Shown: positions 59,112-64,000 of the stretch, in pieces
Layout of the letters: every line of letters begins with the position of its first letter
Numbering within the stretch: position 1 is the stretch's first letter
Source of the DNA: Octopus vulgaris
Taxonomy: Eukaryota
Assembly: GCA_951406725.2 (NCBI GenBank)
Contig: OX597814.1
Coordinates: 113,522,001-113,586,000, forward strand
Length of the DNA stretch: 64,000 nucleotides
Direction of reading: 5' to 3'
Position numbers and translations under genes: made by a program
The notes under the pieces: generated by a model
Databases searched by the model: none
The model's input: only the letters and a program-made list of their open reading frames with translations
What the model was told of the DNA's origin: nothing

Positions 59112-59114
<3 letters not shown>
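58876..59114. repeat. Nested inverted repeats at the 5' junction of the PLE relic
   Basis: Outer arms 58876-58920 / 59070-59114; inner arms 58948-58985 / 59019-59056 (contain GAAAUAUU, an HHR 3' half). Confidence 0.88.
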
Positions 59115-59167
<53 letters not shown>

Positions 59168-59206
59168 TATTATATATACATACATTCATATAGGGTTTAA
59201 AATTCC

Positions 59207-59293
59207 AGCTCCTATCAGTTTCATGCCTCTGAAAATACGATGGCCTCACAACCTTGTACAGCGTACTGCGCATTTCCAACCAATCATCAGACT
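59207..59293 (-). ncRNA. Hammerhead motif, cleavage triplet altered (GGA)
   Basis: Mirror of 59512-59598. Confidence 0.6.
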
Positions 59294-59312
59294 CCCTTTC
59301 TCGCCCTTTCCG

Positions 59313-59366
<54 letters not shown>

Positions 59367-59447
59367 CCGATGGAGACAAATACACACCCACGTATATATA
59401 TATATATATATATATATACGTGGGTGTGTATTTGTCTCCATCGGATT

Positions 59448-59493
<46 letters not shown>

Positions 59494-59511
59494 GGAAAGG
59501 GCGAGAAAGGG

Positions 59512-59598
59512 AGTCTGATGATTGGTTGGAAATGCGCAGTACGCTGTACAAGGTTGTGAGGCCATCGTATTTTCAGAGGCATGAAACTGATAGGAGCT
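59512..59598 (+). ncRNA. Hammerhead motif with long stem II, cleavage triplet altered (GGA)
   Basis: AGU-CUGAUGA-U UG..UGGAAAUGCG/CGUAUUUUCA..CA U-GAAACU-GAU-AGGA-GCU. Confidence 0.6.
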
Positions 59599-59639
59599 GG
59601 AATTTTAAACCCTATATGAATGTATGTATATATAATATC

Positions 59640-59688
<49 letters not shown>

Positions 59689-60077
59689 TTATGTATGTAT
59701 GTATTTATATATGTATGTATGTATTTATATATGTATGTATGTATATATATATGTATGTATGTATATATATGTGTGTATGTATATATATATGTGTATGTAT
59801 ATACGTATATGTATGAATGTATATATATGTATTTATGTATATATGTATGTATGTATATATATATGTATGTATATGTATGTATGTATATAAATATATCTAT
59901 GTATGTATATAATTATATGTATGTATGTATATATGTATGTATTTATATGTATGTGTATGTGTGTATGTATGTGTATATATATTATATATGTATGTATGCG
60001 TATATGTATGTATGTTTTCATACATATATATGTACATAAATGTGTTATGCATATATATATATATATATATATATAAA

Positions 60078-60122
<45 letters not shown>

Positions 60123-60191
60123 TTATATATTTATATATATATGTATGTATGTAAACATATATATGTATATAGATATGTTTATCATTTTTAT

Positions 60192-60232
<41 letters not shown>

Positions 60233-60966
60233 TATACACATGCATTTGTAAATCGCAGCACCTCGTGAAAAAGAAGTTGTGCGAATAATGAATTGTATTG
60301 CGTGTGTATTTTATATGTGTATGTGTGTTTTTATGAATGAGATAACCGGCCCGTATTTTACTTAATTGTCCACAAATCTGTAGACAAATCGACAATATTT
60401 GACCGTGGACAGAACACGAACGACCGTAACAGCACCCATGGCGATAGGACACGTGTGGTGCGTGCTATGGTCAGGTGATATCCATACAGACTCCCCACAT
60501 TGCACTCATAACGAACGAAGCGAGTGTTACACATACACACACACACACACACTCTCTCTCTCTCTCAGTCATAGTCACACATAAAAACACGGAGGCATGC
60601 ACACATTATTGTAGTTTTCATTGTTGTTGTAAGAATGGTCACAATGAAATAGTAAAAGAAAGGAGCTACTTTTGTTTCTTTAGCGACATCAGCTACTGAG
60701 TGGTCATTGAATGGAAAAATCATCTGTCAGGCTCTCACCAAGTTTGTTTTGTGTGTCAAGTCAGTCAGTCACTCTGTGTGTGTGTGCGTTGGAAGTCTTA
60801 AGAGTGTTTGTGCATTCTTGATTTATTAAGTATGTGCGTGTAATCTGCCAGCTGTGTGTGCGTGCTGTGGGGGAGGGGAAGTCCTTATTGCGTATGCATT
60901 TAGAAATGCGTGTACATTTAAAGGCCTGGGTGTATGTGTTACACACACACACACATATATTATATG

Positions 60967-61002
<36 letters not shown>

Positions 61003-61037
61003 CATTTATTTATATTACCTCAACATCCAAACTTCCT

Positions 61038-61283
61038 CATTCTACATTGAGAGAAAAACGGGATGGACGCTTCATTTTTGTGCTGGTACCGCATTATGTC
61101 GTACGCGACTGAGAGGATTTGCATCCCCAACATAGAATTTTTGATGTAATACATGTCCTTGAAGTAGTAATTGTGCGCGGCTGAAGAAGGCCATAGACAC
61201 ACATTATGCATTGTTATAAATCCGTCTAATAAAGGCCCGAAACATATGTACCGCTGAATCCTTGGCATCATGTTTTATTTTGT
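61038..61283 (+). mobile_element. Solo copy of the 2739-3448 family (no 99-bp duplication)
   Basis: High identity to 3195-3440; flanked by (TA)n. Confidence 0.9.
61177..61254 (+). ncRNA. Type I hammerhead ribozyme motif
   Basis: GCGG-CUGAAGA-AGGCC..UAGAC/GUCUA..GGCCC-GAAAC-AUAU-GUA-CCGC. Confidence 0.82.
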
Positions 61284-61658
61284 TTAATATATATATATAT
61301 TTATATATATTATATATACACTCAACACACATATTTTAGTTGATTAATCTAATACAGAGCTAAAATATTAAACAGTATCTTCCTCTTCCTTTTCCTCCTC
61401 CTTATAAACATTGCTCTTCCCAATTTCACGCTCCCGTCATCTCTGCCTTTTATTGCATTGCTCTCTCTCTCTCTCTCTCTCTCTCGGCTTACTGCTTTTC
61501 TCCTTAGAAGACTTTGTAACACAAACACACACACACAGGCGCGCGCGCGCGCGCACACACACACATACACACACACACTCTCTCTCTCGGCGTGGGTACA
61601 TGTTTGTTTAGTTTTCTCGCTTTTTCGTACATGTCTTTCGTTAGTTCTCATTTTTTTA

Positions 61659-61702
61659 TTCGCTGATGAGCGTAGTCGAACACGCGAAACCTTTAGGAAG
61701 AA
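61659..61702 (+). ncRNA. Hammerhead motif, 3' side decayed
   Basis: UUCG-CUGAUGA-GCGU AGUCGAAC ACGC-GAAAC-CUUUA-GGA-AGAA; perfect 4-bp stem II. Confidence 0.6.
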
Positions 61703-62062
61703 AGAAAATATCTCAGTTTACTAACATACAGATTTTACGCACGTCTATCATTTATTACGCGATGATTGTATTCCACTGTATATTTGTGCGAGGAAACAAT
61801 TGTATAATTATTAATGTCAGTTTTTGGACTGTGGTCATACTGGGGCACGGGATTTAAAGGGTTTTTAGTCGATTATAGCAGCCCATCATTACTTCGGTAC
61901 TTATTTTCTCAAAAGGTTAGATTCAGTTGAAGCTTAAAGGGACTTAATGCACAAGCACATACACACATACACACATTTATATAATTGTCTGCTTTTGGTG
62001 AAACATCGCAAACTGCTGTTTAAATTAATTTCATATATATATATATATATTCGCGCACACAC

Positions 62063-62137
<75 letters not shown>

Positions 62138-62694
62138 TATATATATCCCCTTCACTGTTCCCTCTCTTTCTTTCTCACTCTTCCTCCTTGACTCTCTCGT
62201 TGCTCACACGTGACCAACGCCTATCTTTCTTCCACTTCCTTCCTAAAGACAAGACGTGCTTTTGCCTGTCTCTTCTCAAAGCTCGTTTCTCCAGCGTTCA
62301 CCACTTCACATCGTCTTGGCTTAACAGCCCTCGCTGTTTGTTTTTACTGTTTTATTGTTACTGTCATGTTTTTGTTACCACTTTAACCCTCTGCAAAAAA
62401 TCTCAAATTTTATTTAATTTGCTTCGTGGGAAGGATTGTTTTAACGAAGTCGTGTCTTACCCCAACATTCGGAACGCGGAGTAGATAAATCAGGGAAAAA
62501 CTGATGAAGGGAATGTTCTTTATGTTGCCTGTCTCATTTCTGTCTTTGTTCCTTTCGTTGTTCGAAAAAAAGTTCGTTTTCTATGTTTTTGTTTTTTTAT
62601 GTTCTCGTTTCTCATTTCGTTTGCGTTTTTTGATGTCCTGTACCTATATATACATATATATATATGTAGATATGTACATATATGTATGTAAATA

Positions 62695-62732
<38 letters not shown>

Positions 62733-62770
62733 TTTGCAATGTTTCACCAGAAACAGAGAATTGTATAAAT

Positions 62771-62828
<58 letters not shown>

Positions 62829-63124
62829 TGTATGTGCTTTTTATGTGTCCATGTGTGAGTTGGTGTGTGCTTAGGTACACCGTTAAGTATTGCCGATACA
62901 TGGGTTTTATTGGCATGTATTTTTATGTATATTTATATGTATATATATATATTTATATTTTATAAATATTAAAAGAAAATATTCGTATGTGTCGATAGTC
63001 AAATTAATAACTGTATGAGTATAATTGGCTAATTTGAGTTTATATCTTAATTCGTATCATTTGTCTCGGGTTCAACTCGAGCACTTCTTAAGTAGTTCTA
63101 TATTTTTGTAAGAAATGACAATAA

Positions 63125-63700
63125 TCTCTTATTATAAAAGGCAGATTTTATCTGCCTCCCTTTGTCAGTTATAGAAATCTACAATATAGGATTTCTTCAA
63201 TTACAATTTACCTAGCATTTTTAAGAGTAGAATGCATCGGGTCATGCCAGGTCCAGTTTTTAAAATTTAAACTCCAATTAAGCAAAATTTACAGAAAACT
63301 CACATTCTGGTGTGTATGTCAAATGCTTTTCTTAGTCTGGTTTACAGCACACGCAAACGCACACACACAGTGTGCAACGAATAAAGTGTAACTAGATGTA
63401 ATATTTAAAAAAGAAAGCAGCAAACAGAAACAAATAAATACATAATGATTTACTCCTCACACAATTTCTTCAATTAGACTTTACCTATGATTTTTCAAAG
63501 AACTTCCATTGGTTCATGCCATACAAAATTTCTTTCAATTTCACCCCCAATTAAGACAAAATTCGAGAAAACTCAATATTTTAACATTTCACTTTGAAGC
63601 CTTTACTCTGCCTATTACTCCCACTTCCTCATTAGACACATAGACACGCTAATATATACGACAGTGTCAATTGTTGACAGACATTGTAAGCTAACGTGTG
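63125..63700 (+). mobile_element. Probable Helitron-like element 5' part
   Basis: A|TCTCTTATTATAAAAGGCAGAT..ATCTGCCT start resembles the 49764-50147 element; diverged internal repeat (about 63190-63305 vs 63460-63580). No 3' CTAG end identified. Confidence 0.5.
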
Positions 63701-64000
63701 TGTGTGTGTGTGTGTGTGTGCGTGTGTGTGAGGGTGCGTGTGTGTGTGTGTGTGACAGGGACGACCCATTCAGACTGGTCATCTTTTTTGCTAGAAGATC
63801 ACCTATGCTACACCACTGGTTTTCAGTTCATATTAATCAAATTAATATTCACAAGAAGAAGGACTATTCATTATAATACATCAGTTCCATCGGACAACTG
63901 CACAAACATTTGCCATTTTACACATGTATGTAAACAAATTCCTTTCTTTTAGAATTTCAATTCATTTACTTTTTCAATTCATACAAAGTTATTTAGGACG

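Larger units (their letters stand above)
59161..59645. mobile_element. ~480-bp palindrome centred on (TA)n with two outward-facing hammerhead motifs
   Basis: Arms are reverse complements apart from TA-tract lengths; centre CCCACG(TA)nCGTGGG. Confidence 0.92.

Noticed and set aside
62490-62585. CUGAUGA followed by a distant GAAA
   Set aside because: Stems II and III cannot be closed in register; not called a hammerhead.

Overview
AT-rich eukaryotic non-coding DNA (intron or intergenic), dense in microsatellites. The repeat content (three tRNA-derived SINE families, CR1-type LINE 3' ends, huge (TA)n tracts) looks like an octopus/coleoid genome; this is an inference. No intact host gene is visible, and almost all ORFs in the track are microsatellite or SINE artefacts. 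The main hidden signal is a dense and diverse population of type I hammerhead ribozyme (HHR) motifs. I count about 17 near-canonical copies from about 13 unrelated sequence families, plus about 9 decayed relics. Most lie next to (TA)n tracts and many sit in head-to-head foldback palindromes. Several have very long stem II extensions (50-100 nt) or non-canonical core variants. A decayed Penelope-like element (PLE) Zn-finger/GIY-YIG endonuclease fragment at about 58385-58880 points to the likely mobilising machinery. Also present: CR1 and RTE LINE remnants, hAT-, Merlin- and Tigger-like MITEs, a Tc1/mariner (maT-like) transposase relic, Helitron-like non-autonomous elements and a tandemly amplified retroposon array. 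All structures were paired by eye and none was computed.
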